A DNA stretch of 64,000 nt from the human T2T-CHM13v2.0 reference genome, Homo sapiens (GCA_009914755.4 CP086569.2:13248001-13312000); one strand, 5' to 3'. Shown: positions 1-14,011, numbered from the stretch's first letter. Made by a program: numbers and translations. Notes: generated by a model not told the origin, from the letters alone.

Positions 1-47
1 TTGTTAGATTCCAGCCTTTGTATAAGGGCCTGGGTCTTTCAGCTTTT

Positions 48-361
48 TTTCCTTTTTCTTTTTTTTATTGAGACCGAGTCTCACTCTGTCACCCAGGATG
101 GAGTGCAGTGGTGCAATCTAGGCTCACTGCAACCCTCCTGGGTTCAGCCCTCCTGGGTTCAAGGGATCCTCCTGCTTCAGCCTCCCTAGTAGCTGGGATT
201 ACAACCATGTGCCACCACAACTGGCTAATTTTTGTATTTTTAGTTGAGATGGGGTTTCACCGTGTTGGCCAGGGTGGTCTCAAACTCCTGACCTCTGGTG
301 ATCCACCCACCTTGACCTCCAGAAGTGCTGGGATTACAGGTGTGAGCCACCGTACCCGGCC
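48..361 (-). mobile_element. Alu (antisense)
   Basis: Poly-T, then gagaccgagtctcactctgtcacccaggatggagtgcagtgg...gtgagccaccgtacccggcc. Confidence 0.85.
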
Positions 362-1185
362 AATTAATTACTTTTAAACAAACAGGTGATGTTTGGTGAT
401 GACTAACGTGAGTAGCTGCTGCATGCTTCTTCTAAGCGTGCTAACGCACACACATGCCTTCCATCCATCTGCATTCACACCCAGACTTTCCCTCCACTGA
501 TACAATATAAGGAGAGTGCAGCACCTGGGGCTGGGACTGATGGATGCTGGAGGGACAAATGTCCAAAGTCCCTGTTCCAACCCTGAGCCATGCCATGTTC
601 CTTCCTGCGTTGTGATTGACAGCCAGGACCTTCTGCCCTTGCTTCTGGTGACAGCCCAGCATTCAGACCACGATTCCTGATGCATTACTGTGAGAAGTTT
701 CTGCACTCAGCCAGGCGGCATCAATGGGACAGTGAGTAGGGGAGCCCCTTCCTAACACTCTTTGGGAAAGAGTCCCTCTCTGCAGGAAAGCACCATGCCC
801 TAGAACAGGCTGGGAATGGAGCTGCATTCCAGATTCCATCTCCATGTCTCCACACTTCTGTTTTTCTCCAGGAGCTTTTAAAATTTAGTTTTTGTCAATA
901 TGTATCCTTCTCATTCCAGTGACATGCCTTCTGAGATCACCTGTCAATCGTCTTAAAACAATGGGAAGGGGGTTGTTACCTGTAGTTTAAGCACCTTGTA
1001 TGGTCTGTATTTCATTCTTTTTTTCCCTGCACTGTATGAAGTGCAACTTTTATCATCACACACACATGTATGTGCATGCATACACATGCACACACACATG
1101 CTTGCACACACATGTGTTCAAGACTTTTCTAATCCTCTTTTTTTCTTATTTTTTGTAATAATTTTTTTGACACTAGTCTTTCTTT

Positions 1186-1452
1186 GTCTCTCAGGCTGGA
1201 GTGCGGTGGCGTGATCTTGGCTCACTGCACCTGCAGTCTCCTGGGTTCAAGCGATTCTCCTGACTCAGCCTCCTGTGTAGCTGAGATTACAGGTGCCCAC
1301 TACCACACCTGGCTAACTTCTTGTATTTTTAGTAAAGAGAGGGTTTCACCACGTTGGGCAGGCTGGTCTCGAACTCCTGGCCTCAAGTGACCCACCTGCT
1401 TTTGGCCTCCCAAAGAGTTGGGATTACAGGCCTGAGCCACCATGCCTGGCCT
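1186..1452 (-). mobile_element. Alu (antisense)
   Basis: caggctggagtgcggtggcgtgatcttggctcactgca...gcctgagccaccatgcctggcc. Confidence 0.85.
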
Positions 1453-1477
1453 CCAGTTTTTCTTATTAAACTGAAAC

Positions 1478-1589
1478 AAGGTCTCAGTATGCTGCCCAGG
1501 CTGGTCTCAAACTCCTGGGCTCAAGCGATCCACCCATCTTGACCTCCCAAAAAGCTGAAATTATAGGTGTGAGCCACTATGCCCAGCCT
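1478..1589 (-). mobile_element. Alu monomer (FLAM/FRAM-like, antisense)
   Basis: ggtctcagtatgctgcccaggctggtctcaaactcctgggctcaagcgatccacc...gtgagccactatgcccagcc. Confidence 0.7.
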
Positions 1590-1963
1590 TTTGTAGTCCA
1601 TTTTATGCATCTAGATGTGCTTCCAAATGTTTTACCCACCTGACCTTAACACAATTTCATCTTCTTTGTAAACAATTATAACTTTGTAATATAAACAAAC
1701 ACATGCTTACTGAATACTTTTTGCTTCCCTAAATTTTCTTGGTCTTTTGACTCCAATGTCCTCTCAAAAGAGCTATGAAATCATTTGCAAGTTTAAAAAA
1801 GAAAAAAAATGCCACAGAAGTATTAATCATCTCTGCATTTGATGGTTCATTACCTTTAAAACACTAGGTCTGTCCACACTGAAATATGCTACATTTCTCT
1901 ATTTAGTTAATTCTTCATATTTAAAAAAGTATTTATTTCATTAAGAACTTGTCCTCTTGTTAA

Positions 1964-2458
<495 letters not shown>

Positions 2459-2876
2459 TCGTGGCCTTCATTGTCTTTTAATTGCTTGTATATGTATGGC
2501 TATGTTTACCAGAGCTTTATAGGATCTTTCTGTCATTCTCTGTCATTTTAAAAAAATCCAGCTCTTGGATTTACTTAACAATTGTATTCTTTAATTTTAT
2601 AAATGATTGATTTCCGCTTCTATCTTTGTGTTCAGACAAGAGAGTTCTACCTGTTTGACTTTATCAAATTCTCTTTTTTTCCTTTATGCTTCCGTTTCTG
2701 TAGCTTTGTCTTGTCTTGATGTTTTTCATCTTTTCTGGACTTGCTTGACAGACATGGTTTTCTTTGGTCTTTTTCCAAGGTTTGATAAGATCTGTATCCT
2801 CTTATGATTCAGTTGGCTAAAGATTTCTCAAAAGAATTGTCTAGATATCTCCAGGTGTCTGAATCAACAGTGAATT

Positions 2877-3036
2877 TTTTTTTTTTTTTTTTGAGACAGA
2901 GTCTTGCTCCGTCACCCAGGCTAGAGTGCAGTAGCGTGATCTCAGCTCATTGCAACCTCCGCCTCCCAGGTTCAAGCAATTATTCTGCCTCAGCCACCTA
3001 AGTAGCTGGGATTATAGGCACCTGCCACCACAGCAA
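2877..3036 (-). mobile_element. Alu fragment (antisense)
   Basis: Poly-T, then gagacagagtcttgctccgtcacccaggctagagtgcagtagcgtgatctcagctcattgcaacctccgcctcccagg...gggattataggcacctgccaccac. Confidence 0.8.
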
Positions 3037-3039
3037 GCA

Positions 3040-3580
<541 letters not shown>

Positions 3581-3674
3581 ATTTTGTATATTTTTTATAA
3601 TAAGTTGAACTTGAACCACTTGAATGCCCTGAACCTACTTTTTCCTTCTATTTTTTTTAATTTCTTTTCATTTT

Positions 3675-3795
3675 TCTAGAGGTGGTATCTCACTATGTTG
3701 CATAGGTTGGTCTCAAACTCCTGGGCTCAATCAATCCTCCTCCCTCAGCCTCCCAAAGTGCTGGGATTATACACATAAGCCACCCCACCCAACCT
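3675..3795 (-). mobile_element. Alu monomer fragment (antisense)
   Basis: gaggtggtatctcactatgttgcataggttggtctcaaactcctgggctcaatcaatcctcc...ctcccaaagtgctgggattatacacataagccacc. Confidence 0.65.
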
Positions 3796-3897
3796 TCTTT
3801 CAATTAGTAGCCTAATCTGGAATTGTTTTATTGCTACATTTTTGGTTTTTTATTTACTTTTATGTTTATTTTAATTTTTTAAATTTTTATTATTTAT

Positions 3898-4045
3898 TGA
3901 GATGACATCTCACTGTGTCATCTAGGCTGGAGTCCAGTAGCATGATCTCAGCTCACTGCAGCCTCTGCCTCCTGGGCTCAAGTGATCCACCTGCTGCGCC
4001 CTCCCAAAGTATTGGGATTACAGGCATGAACCACCACATCTGGCC
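3898..4045 (-). mobile_element. Alu fragment (antisense)
   Basis: gagatgacatctcactgtgtcatctaggctggagtccagtagcatgatctcagctcactgcagcc...ttgggattacaggcatgaaccaccacatctggccc. Confidence 0.75.
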
Positions 4046-4087
4046 CATTTTTTGTTATTTATGTATTTATTTACTTATTTAATCTTG

Positions 4088-4320
4088 AAATGGAGTTTCC
4101 CTCTGTCACCCAGGCTGGAGTGCAGTGGTATGATCTTCACTCACTTCAATCTTTGCCTCCCAGGTTCAAATGATTCTCATGCCTCATCCTCACTAGTAGC
4201 TGGGATTATAGGTGTGTCTGGCTAATTTTTATATTTTTAGTAAAGACAGGGTTTCATCATGTCAGCTAGGCTGGTCTCAAACTCCTGACCTCAGGTGATC
4301 TGCCTGCCTTGGCCTCCACT
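4088..4320 (-). mobile_element. Alu (antisense, partial)
   Basis: gaaatggagtttccctctgtcacccaggctggagtgcagtggtatgatc...gtcagctaggctggtctcaaactcctgacctcaggtgatctgcctgccttggcctcc. Confidence 0.8.
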
Positions 4321-5094
4321 ATTTTTCATTTTTTAAATTACATATTATAGATGTTGCCTTTTAAGTTTTTAAAAACATTTTCATCAATAGCACAGCCTGA
4401 CCTACCATTGTTTCTGCTCAACAGCTCAGATAACTGGGTTCCTTGACACCATGACTGTGCATTACTCACCTGTCTCCTCTTGGTCATTGGATAATGTTTT
4501 TTTTTTGGAGGTCGACAGATGGAGAGTGCCTTTCTACTGCCTGTGTGTCCTCAATACTGCTCTGATTGGCCTTCTCCAGTCCACTGCTCATCCCATGGCT
4601 ATTGTGCCTGCTGAGTGCATCCCCAAAATGATCCACTGCATGAAGTTCATGGCAAGTCCAAATTCCTGTGGGGAGCTTGGAATACCTTATTTCTGAAGCC
4701 AGCCCTGCCCTACCTCTGAAACTTCAGCCCTGCCCTACCTCTGAAACCTTACTCCTGATAACCAGAGCTCTGCAATGTCCAAGCTCCAACTGTCCCGAGC
4801 CCAGTGATCTGAGGACAGGCTCGTCTTGTCGCTGCCTCACGGCCTTTGTACGAACAATTCCAACCACATGGAATGCACTCAGAGGACTGGACCTCCACAT
4901 GGCTGGCTCACTGTTGATGTGCATGTCCTAAGTCAAATATTACCTTCTCAAGCAGGCTTCTGGGATGAAAACCAAATCCCCTGAACTGCACTCACACGAA
5001 CCTCCACTGTTAACTATCCATCACCCATCATGTGAACCAACTGTACTTAATTTGGAGCACTTACACCTGGCCACAATTTTCTGTTTTGTTTTGT

Positions 5095-5235
5095 TTTGTT
5101 TTGTTTTACTTTAAATAGATGTGGGGTCTTGCTGTGTTGCCCAGGCTTATCTGAAACTCTTGTATGCAGGCAGTCCTCCTACCTCACACTCCCTGAGTGC
5201 TGGATTATAGGCGTGACTGCATATCAGTCACTCTA
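5095..5235 (-). mobile_element. Alu fragment (antisense)
   Basis: agatgtggggtcttgctgtgttgcccaggcttatctgaaactcttg...ctgagtgctggattataggcgtgactgc. Confidence 0.6.
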
Positions 5236-5239
5236 ATTA

Positions 5240-5240
<1 letters not shown>

Positions 5241-5277
<37 letters not shown>

Positions 5278-5560
5278 AATCCATCCATTCATTCATCTCC
5301 CTATCCATCTATGAATTATATTTATCTATTTATCTATGAATATCTGTCTATCCTTCCATGTATCTATGAATGATAGTTTTCTATTTATCTGTGAATATCT
5401 CTTTCCGTCCATCTGTCTATCCATCCATCCCTATCTATCTATCTATCTATCATCTATCATCTGTGAATGATGTCTATCTACTTATCTATGAATGATATTT
5501 ATCTGTGGTCTATCTACCTATCTATCTATCTAATCTATCTATCATCTGTGAATGACAGGG
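5241..5560. repeat. (TCTA)n / (GATA)n microsatellite with degenerate TCCA/TCTG variants
   Basis: Perfect tctatctatc... runs at 5241-5278, then degenerate tetranucleotide units. Confidence 0.9.
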
Positions 5561-5702
5561 TCTTCCCCTGTTCCTCAGGCTGCATACAGCGCACTGGCAT
5601 AATCACAGCTCACTGCAGCCTCAATTTCCTGGTCTCAAGTGATCCTCCTACCTCAGTCTCCTGAGTAGCTGGGACTATGGGCGTGAGTGCATGCCCATCC
5701 GG

Positions 5703-5737
<35 letters not shown>

Positions 5738-6160
5738 GTCTGTCTATCTATCTATCTATCATCTATCATCTGTGAATGATGTCTATCTACTTATCTATGA
5801 ATGATATTTATCTGTGGTTATCTATCTATCTATATCATCTGTGAATGACAGGGTCTTCCTCTGTTCCTCAGGCTGCAGTGCACTGGCATAATCACAGCTC
5901 ACTGCAGCCTCAATCTCCTGGGCTCAAGTGATCCTCCTACCTCAGCCTCCTGAGTAGCTGGGACTATGGGTGTGAGTGCATGCCCATCTGGTCTATGTAT
6001 CTATCTATCTATGAATGACAGGGTCTCACTCTATTGCCTAGCATGGAGTGCAGTGGCATGATCATAGCTCACTGTAGCTTTGACCCCCTGGACTCAAGCA
6101 ATTCCAACCTCAGCTTCCTGAGTAGCTAGTACTATGGCATACACACCACACTGAGCTAAT
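5441..6160. repeat. Tandem triplication of a ~313-bp unit ((TCTA)n-rich segment plus an antisense Alu right-arm fragment)
   Basis: atcatctgtgaatgatgtctatctacttatctatgaatgatatttatctgtgg...gacagggtcttcccctgttcctcaggctgca...ctgagtagctgggactatgggcgtgagtgcatgcccatc at 5457 repeats at 5770 with about 95% identity. A more diverged third partial copy lies at about 6005-6160. Confidence 0.8.
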
Positions 6161-6182
6161 TTTAATTTTTTTTTTTAATGGA

Positions 6183-6481
<299 letters not shown>

Positions 6482-6499
6482 TACCTTTTAGCCCTATGA

Positions 6500-6925
<426 letters not shown>

Positions 6926-6991
6926 ATGTCTGCAGTGAAAAGCTGGAGCCCTGATTCCTAAATTTGTCACTCAAATTGAAACAAACCAGCT

Positions 6992-7290
6992 GGCCATAGT
7001 GGCTGTCATCCCAGCACTTTAGGAGGCCACCACAGGAGGATCACTCCCGTGATCAAAACCAACCTGGGCAACATGATGAAACTCTAGCTCTACAAAACAA
7101 AAATAAAAAAAAAATTAGCCTGCATGGTGGCACACGCCTGTAGTTCTAGCTTCTCAGGAGGCTAAGGCAGGAGGATCATTTGAGCACAGGAGTTGGAGGC
7201 TGCACTGAGCTATGATTGTACCACTGCACCCCAGCCTGGGCAACACAGCAAGACCCTGTCTCAAAAAAGAAAGAAAACAAAAAATGAAAC
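6992..7290 (+). mobile_element. Alu (sense)
   Basis: gctggccatagtggctgtcatcccagcactttaggaggcc...gcaccccagcctgggcaacacagcaagaccctgtctcaaaaaag. Confidence 0.85.
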
Positions 7291-7392
7291 AAACTTCAGT
7301 GTCAGGTTAAGGCATCTATGTGCATAAGGATGAATCGTTTCTCCCTGACAGAAACAAAGAAAGGCGAGAAAAAGTAGAAATGAACAATAAAC

Positions 7393-7695
<303 letters not shown>

Positions 7696-8354
7696 ATAAA
7701 TAAACAAACATTAATAATGCACTGTTGAATGATCACTCAGACACCCAAACTGGAGAGGTAAAGTATCTCCTGGAGTAGGGGAGGATTCTGTCAATGGATC
7801 CTAACTCAGTCCAGAAGAGGCCGCCCTGTAGCCCAAAACAGCACAAGTCCCAGCAAAGGTGTCTCTGTGACCTACAGATTTGCACATGAACAGGAGATAG
7901 GTTCCAAAGATAAAAACTGGCACTGATGTGGCTTTGTCTGTGGTGCTCATTTATAGTGTCTGTTTATCGTTTACAACCACAAGGATGTACAGTCCTTTCC
8001 ATTGGAATTGTTTTCAGTCCCCAGTGCCCCAGGTAATTAGGGCAAATTCAGGCTTTGGAATCTGTGCTGCACAGGCAGTGTTCTCCCCAGCTCTGAACTG
8101 CAAGGTCATTGCAAAATCAGGCTTTGCCTTACTTAATATGTCTAGGCTGCTAGAATGAAAATACCATAAAGTGGGTATCATCAAGAATATTTATTTATTG
8201 CAGTTTTAGAGGCTGGATGTCCAACACCCGGGCATGACAGAATCTGTGTCTGGGTAGAACCTGTTTTTTGGTTCACAGCTACCGCCTTCTTCCCCTGTCT
8301 TCAGACAGTCATCCATCTACGTCCTAGTCTCCGATTCTTGGTTTTTTGTTTGTT

Positions 8355-8650
8355 TGGTTTTTTTTTTGAGACGGAATCTTGCTCTGTTGTCCAGGCTGGA
8401 GTGCAATGGTGCAATCTCAGCTCACTGCAACCTCTGCCTCAGGTTCAAGTGATTCTCCTGTCTCAGCCTCCCAAGGAGCTGAGACAATAGGCTACTTGCT
8501 CCATGCTCGACTAATTTTTGTATTATTTAGTAGAGGCAGGTTTTTGCCATGTTGCCCAGGCTGCTCTGGAACTCCTGACCTCAAGTAATCTTCCCGCCTT
8601 GGCCTCCCAAATTGCTGGGATTACAGGCATGAGTCACTGCACCCAGCCCT
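8355..8650 (-). mobile_element. Alu (antisense)
   Basis: Poly-T, then gagacggaatcttgctctgttgtccaggctggagtgcaatggtgcaatctcagctcactgc...gcatgagtcactgcacccagcc. Confidence 0.85.
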
Positions 8651-9027
8651 AATCTACTCTTCTTATAAGGACCCCACTCCTATTGGAATAGGGCCCACTC
8701 TTGTGACCTCATTTTAAAGGATGACTAAAAACCTTATTCCTGTGAATTTGAGGGCAACACAATTCAGTTCCCAACATATTCTCTCCTGGGAGTAAGGAGG
8801 TCTTTCCAATAGTTCTTTCTGTCTCCAGATTCAAGAACAGTTCCCTCCTCCCACTATTCCAAGCCTAGGTATATGATAAGCAATGCCCCACCTTGTCACC
8901 ACTTCAAGAACATGTCCTCAAATTATCCAATCCACATCAGCCTCCAAGAATTCAGGCTGTGCACAGAGACCAAAAAAGTCAAATCCATCTCCAGCCAATT
9001 CTCTTGGGTCAAGAAAGAAATAGTAGG

Positions 9028-9312
9028 CCAGGTGCGATGACTCACATCTGTAGTCCCAGCACTTTAGGGCACTAAGATGGCTTGAGGCCAGGAGTTTCAG
9101 ACCAGCTGGGGTGACATAGCGAGACCTTGCCTCCACATAACATTTAAATAATTAGGTGAGGTGACACGTGCCTATAGTCCCACCTACTTGGGAGGCTGAG
9201 GTGGGAGGATCACTTGAGTCTCTGGCCTCCGAATGTGTTCAAGGCTGCACTGAACTATGATTGTGCCACTACACTCTAGTCTGGGTGACAGGGTGAGATC
9301 TTGTCTCTAAAA
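9028..9312 (+). mobile_element. Alu (sense)
   Basis: ggccaggtgcgatgactcacatctgtagtcccagcactttagg...cactctagtctgggtgacagggtgagatcttgtctctaaaaag. Confidence 0.85.
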
Positions 9313-9385
9313 AGAAAGGAAGAAGGAAAGGAAAGAAGCAAAAAGAAAAAGGAAGGGAGAGAGGGAGGGAGGGATGGCAGGAGGA
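9300..9385. repeat. Polypurine (GA-rich) tract
   Basis: aaagaaaggaagaaggaaaggaaagaagcaaaaagaaaaaggaagggagagagggagggagggatgg. Confidence 0.9.
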
Positions 9386-10019
9386 ACCAGTTAACCCCTA
9401 AGGCTTTCCCCATAGCCATGGCTTATGGAACAAGACCAGCACTTTGGGTCAGCTGTGCCAGATGTTCCTGGCCCATAGAGTCGCCTTTAAGATCTTCAGC
9501 ATCCACTGGGGAGAGTCACATCTGTGTCCACACTTGTCCACACTCTTGACCTTGATGGCTTTGAAGCCAAAGTCCCCAATGGAGGCTCCATGTGCTGAAA
9601 GTCATGTGAGACCCTCAGGGTCAGGGCTTACCCACCCTTTCCATTCCCACAACCTCCCCCAAATATGACTTCTGGTACACCAGCTTCTACTGCCCCCAGG
9701 CCCCATTTCCAAATCCTGGGCACCCAAGACAGCTCAGTGTGTTTATATAATTTACCTAAGTGCACCCAAGGCTCTTTTCTCTCTAGTTCTCAGGATCTCT
9801 AGTTCTCAGGAATCTCAACTCCCAGCAGTACAGGATTTCTTCCAAGGATCAAATCTCCACTCCACCCCTGCTAAACCTCCCTGCAGAACTGCTTATGGGC
9901 TGTCTCCTGCCCGCTCCTTCCAGGCCTTTTCCTGGCCTTCTCCATCTGTGTGATAATGGCTCAGCAAGAAATCCCAGTTGCAAAGCCCTCAAGGATAAAA
10001 AAGTTATTTTTTAAATTTT

Positions 10020-10308
10020 TATTTTAGAGACAGGGTCTTGCTCTGTCACCCAGTCTGGAGTGCAGTGGTACAATCACAGCTCACTGCAACCTCAAATTCC
10101 TGTGCTCATGTGACTCTCCCACTTCAGCCTCTCAAGTAGCTGGGACTACTGGCACACCACCATATTCGGCTTTTTTTTTTTTTTTTTTTGTAGAAATAGG
10201 GTCTCTCTGTGTTGCCCAGGCTGTTCTCAAACTCCTGCTTTTAAGCAATCCTTCCCCTTCAGTCTCCCAAAGTGCTGGGATTACAGGTGTAAGCCACCAT
10301 GCCTAGTC
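10020..10308 (-). mobile_element. Alu (antisense)
   Basis: gagacagggtcttgctctgtcacccagtctggagtgcagtggtacaatcacagctcactgc...gtgtaagccaccatgcctag. Confidence 0.85.
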
Positions 10309-10377
10309 TGATAAAAGCTCTTTCAGAGTAACAGGGCAAAGAGAGAAGCAATAAACAGTGCTCAAGGACTAGCTCTG

Positions 10378-10655
10378 TCTGGACATGGTGGCTCACGCCT
10401 ATAATCCCTGCACTTTGGGAGGCCGAGGCGGATGGATCACCTGAGGTCAGGAGATCAATACCAGCCTGGCCAATATGGTGAAACTCTGTCTCTACTAAAA
10501 ATAAAAAAATTAGCTAGGTGTGGTGATGTGTGCCTGTAGTCCCAGCTACTTAGGAGGCTGAGGCAGAAGAATCGCTTGAACTTGGGAGGCGGAGGTTGCT
10601 GTGAGCCAACATTGCACCACTGCACTTCAGACTAGGCAATGGAGCATAATAAATG
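10378..10655 (+). mobile_element. Alu (sense)
   Basis: ggacatggtggctcacgcctataatccctgcactttgggaggccgagg...cactgcacttcagactaggcaatggagc. Confidence 0.85.
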
Positions 10656-11057
10656 TAAATGATCCTAATTTGCCAATTAAAAGTTAATGGTCTTTTTTCT
10701 AAATAGAATTCCCAGCACCATTTTGGGAGATTCCAATTCAATCAATTGAGGGAGTCGGGGGCTCCTGACTGTATTGTCTTGAACAAGCAGCCCCATTATC
10801 CCATGCCAGGGGAGTGTGGGGCAGCTCTCTCATATATGAAAATCCTAACTCAGTGAATTTAAGGAGGGACTTCTGATTCTATGTTTTCAACACAAACTTC
10901 TACCCCACCTCCCTGGCCTTACTGACTCTATTTGGTAAGCATAGAGAACTAGTTACAAAGGGGGAAAAAAAAGGCATAACTGTTGGAGGCATAATAATGG
11001 TGAGGAGGACCTGGATTTACCTCCTACCTATACACTTAATATAGAGTCTTCTGGATG

Positions 11058-11240
11058 GTCAGGCACAGTGGCTCACTTGTAATCCAGTACTTTGGGAGGC
11101 CAAAGCAGGAGGACTCCTTGAGGCCAAGAGTTTGAGACCAGCTTAGGCAACATAGTGGGACCTAGTCTCTACAGAAAAAATAAATTAATAAAAATGGGTC
11201 AGGGGTGGTGATGCACACCGGTAGTTCCACTTCCTTAAGA
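11058..11240 (+). mobile_element. Alu fragment (sense)
   Basis: ggtcaggcacagtggctcacttgtaatccagtactttgggaggccaaagcagg...gggtcaggggtggtgatgcacacc. Confidence 0.7.
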
Positions 11241-11645
11241 GGTGGTGATAGCCTCACCCTTGACAGCCAGAGCCTTAGAAGAAAAAAGTACTGTTATCTT
11301 GAAGACTATGGAATTATTTTGCCCCTGAACAGTGCAAGAGGACCTAAGCAACCCCCTTTGAGGGAAAATGGGTCACCTGGGCTGGAGGTAGAGATGTGAT
11401 ATTGTTTTGTAAGCTAGGATTTCCTACAAAATATGGATTTATACTTTGAGCAGATCTTGCATTGTGAGGGGATGTGAGGGGATGAGGTACGAAATGAAGG
11501 GGCTTGAGAAAATCAGTGACTAGGGTTCAAGAGAGTTAAAGACAAAAAGGTTCACTGCAGCCTCAACTCTCAGCCTTGATCTTTCTAGAGGTCAAAAGAG
11601 TTAAAAACAAAACATACAAACAAAAAAAGGGGGACCCAAAGATAC

Positions 11646-11664
11646 AAAGAAAAGAATTACATGA
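11646..11664 (+). repeat. Target-site duplication (left copy) of the SVA insertion
   Basis: AAAGAAAAGAATTACATGA occurs immediately 5' of the SVA. The identical 19-mer is at 12456-12474, immediately 3' of the SVA poly-A. Confidence 0.85.
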
Positions 11665-12455
11665 CAGCCGCTCCATCCGGGAGGGAGGTGGGGGGCAGCC
11701 CCCGCCCCACCAGCCGCCCTGTCCAGGAGGGAGGTGGGGGGCAGCCTCCACCCGGCCACCGCCCCATCCGGGAGGTGGGGGGTGCCTCTACCCGGCCACC
11801 CCGTCTGGGAAGTGAGGAGCCCCTCTGCCCGGCCACCACCCCGTCTGGGAGGTGTACCCAACAGCTCATTGAAAACGGGCCATGATGACAATGGCAGTTT
11901 TGTCGAATAGAAAAGGGGGAAATGTGGGGAAAAGAAAGAAAGATCAGATTGTTACTGTGTCTGTGTGGAAAGAGGTAGACATGGGAGACTCCATTTTGTT
12001 CTGTACTAAGAAAAATTCTTCTGCCTTGGGATGCTGTTAATCTATAACCTTACCCCCAACCCCGTGCTCTCTGAAACATGTGCTGTGTCCACTCAGGGTT
12101 AAATGGATTAAGGGCGGTGCAAGATGTGCTTTGTTAAACAGATGCTTGAAGGCAGCATGCTCGTGAAGAGTCATCACCACTCCCTAATCTCAAGTACCCA
12201 GGGACACAAACACTGCGGAAGGCCGCAGGGTCCTCTGCCTAGGAAAACCAGAGACCCTTGTTCACATGTTTATCTGCTGACCTTCCCTCCACTATTGTCC
12301 TATGACCCTGCCAAATTCCCCTCTCCAAGAAACACCCAAGAATGATCAATAAATACTATTTTAAAAAAAATGCAAGTTACCTCCCTGCTATCCTGGCGTT
12401 TTCCTAATTACTGTAATAAATCTGTCTTTCTCTACCTACAAAAAAAAAAAAAAGA
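11665..12455 (+). mobile_element. SVA retrotransposon, 5'-truncated (VNTR tail plus SINE-R with an internal deletion, AATAAA, poly-A)
   Basis: GC-rich ...ccgggagggaggtggggggcagcc... VNTR-like units are followed by the canonical SINE-R ...cagctcattgaaaacgggccatgatgacaatggcagttttgtcgaatagaaaagggggaaatgtgggg...gaatgatcaataaatact. A poly-A tract sits at 12441-12455. Confidence 0.85.
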
Positions 12456-12474
12456 AAAGAAAAGAATTACATGA
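12456..12474 (+). repeat. Target-site duplication (right copy) of the SVA insertion
   Basis: The 19-mer is identical to the copy at 11646-11664. Confidence 0.85.
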
Positions 12475-12619
12475 GAGGGTAATGAGCAAAACTGCATCAC
12501 TCAAAAACAAAAGGATGAGTCACAGAAAAGACGGGGAGGGGTCCAGGGCACAGTGGTTAATCAAAAGGAGTAATTTCAACATCAGTCTGATGGAAGGAAT
12601 AAAGATAAAAATAGCAGTT

Positions 12620-12790
12620 GGAATTAGCCAGGCTTGGTGGTGGCCACCTGTAGTCCCAGCTACTCGGGAGGCTAATGCAGGAGAATCGCTTCAACCCAGG
12701 TGGAGGTGGAGGCTGCACTGAGCTGGGATCGCACCACTGCACTCCAGCCTGGGCCACAGAGTGAGACCCTATCTTAAAATAATAATAATG
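12620..12790 (+). mobile_element. Alu right-arm fragment (sense), just 3' of the SVA
   Basis: ttagccaggcttggtggtggccacctgtagtcccagctactcgggaggct...cactccagcctgggccacagagtgagaccctatc. Confidence 0.8.
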
Positions 12791-13004
12791 GTAATAAAAG
12801 GAAAAAAAAAAGAGTCCATCTAGCATTCCCCATCCCAAACTTAGAGTACAAGTCCAGCATCTGGAACAGACATTTCAAACACCAAGTTTTGAGAAACTGA
12901 AATTGCAGCTTGATTGCTCTGGGCAGGTCATAAGACCCTTCCCAACAAAAAGAAAAGAGACTCCGTGTGCTCAAACCTAACTGGGTTTGTTTATTTGTTT
13001 ATTT

Positions 13005-13275
13005 ATTTATTTTATTCTTTGAGACAGAGTGTCACTCTGTAGCCCAGGCTGGAGTGCAGTGGCGCAAACTCCACCTCCCAGATTCAAGCAATTCTCCTGC
13101 CTTAGCCTCACCAATAGCTGGGACTACACACGTGAGCTACCACGCCTGGCTAATTTTTGTATTTTTAGTAGAGACAGGATTTCACCATGTTGGCCAAGCT
13201 GGTCTGGAACTCCTGACCTCAGGTGACCTACTCCTCTTGGCCTCCCAAATTGCTGGGATCCTAGGCGGGAGCCGC
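13005..13275 (-). mobile_element. Alu (antisense)
   Basis: gagacagagtgtcactctgtagcccaggctggagtgcagtggcgc...ctcccaaattgctgggatcctaggcgggagccgc. Confidence 0.85.
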
Positions 13276-14011
13276 AGCTCTGGGTCAATCACAACTGGGT
13301 TTAATCAGCTCCTCCTTAGCATCGGCCTCTCTGAGTGACGACCTGGGAAACCTGCTTCCACGCCCAGGTCCTGGAGATCCCTGAGGTCCCGAGAGCCAGG
13401 ACATGAGGCGGATGAAGGAGGGGCAGGCGTACACCCTAGATCCCATAGCTGAGAGAGATCACCTTGGCACTAGCAGAGCCCTGCGCAGAGTGCGCAAAGG
13501 TCCCTCGCTCTGGGCCAGCGATGGGCCATGCGATCAGCCAGCTTGAGTGGACGCACCCGCCCGCCGCCAGGTGCCAGGGACCCTGGGATGTGGCCCACAC
13601 TAAGGCTTGGGGTGAGGGCCTGGGGAGGGGGTCGCGAGCACGAAGGGTCCCTGTAAAGGGCGTGGTTATATCCGGCGCCCTGTAGTCCCCAGAATGTAGC
13701 TGGAGGCGGCTTCTGTGCCTGGGAAAGACGCCAGACATCAGAGCCCAGGGATAGGAGGCGACTGAGGGGATTCCTCGGTTATAACAAGGGGGTTAGTTAC
13801 ATTGGGTTTTAAGATACCTAAGTTTGACAGAAGCTATGCGTTGTTTTACAAATTTAAGAAACTAATTTTAATATATAATGGTTGGAAGACTAAACAAGAG
13901 AAGGAGAAAAAGGGTTCTGCCAATCCAGTAATTAGGGTAGTTAGTCATAGATTACAGTTAAACATGCTTTGTACTAGGGGGTGTCATGAATGTAAGCATT
14001 CCTTTCTACTT

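Noticed and set aside
8650-8790. MLT1-like fragment (cctaatctactcttcttataaggaccccactcctattggaatagggcccactcttgtgacctcatttta...)
   Set aside because: It is likely a real old MaLR fragment, but it is short and I cannot fix its boundaries or subfamily, so it is left out of the feature list.
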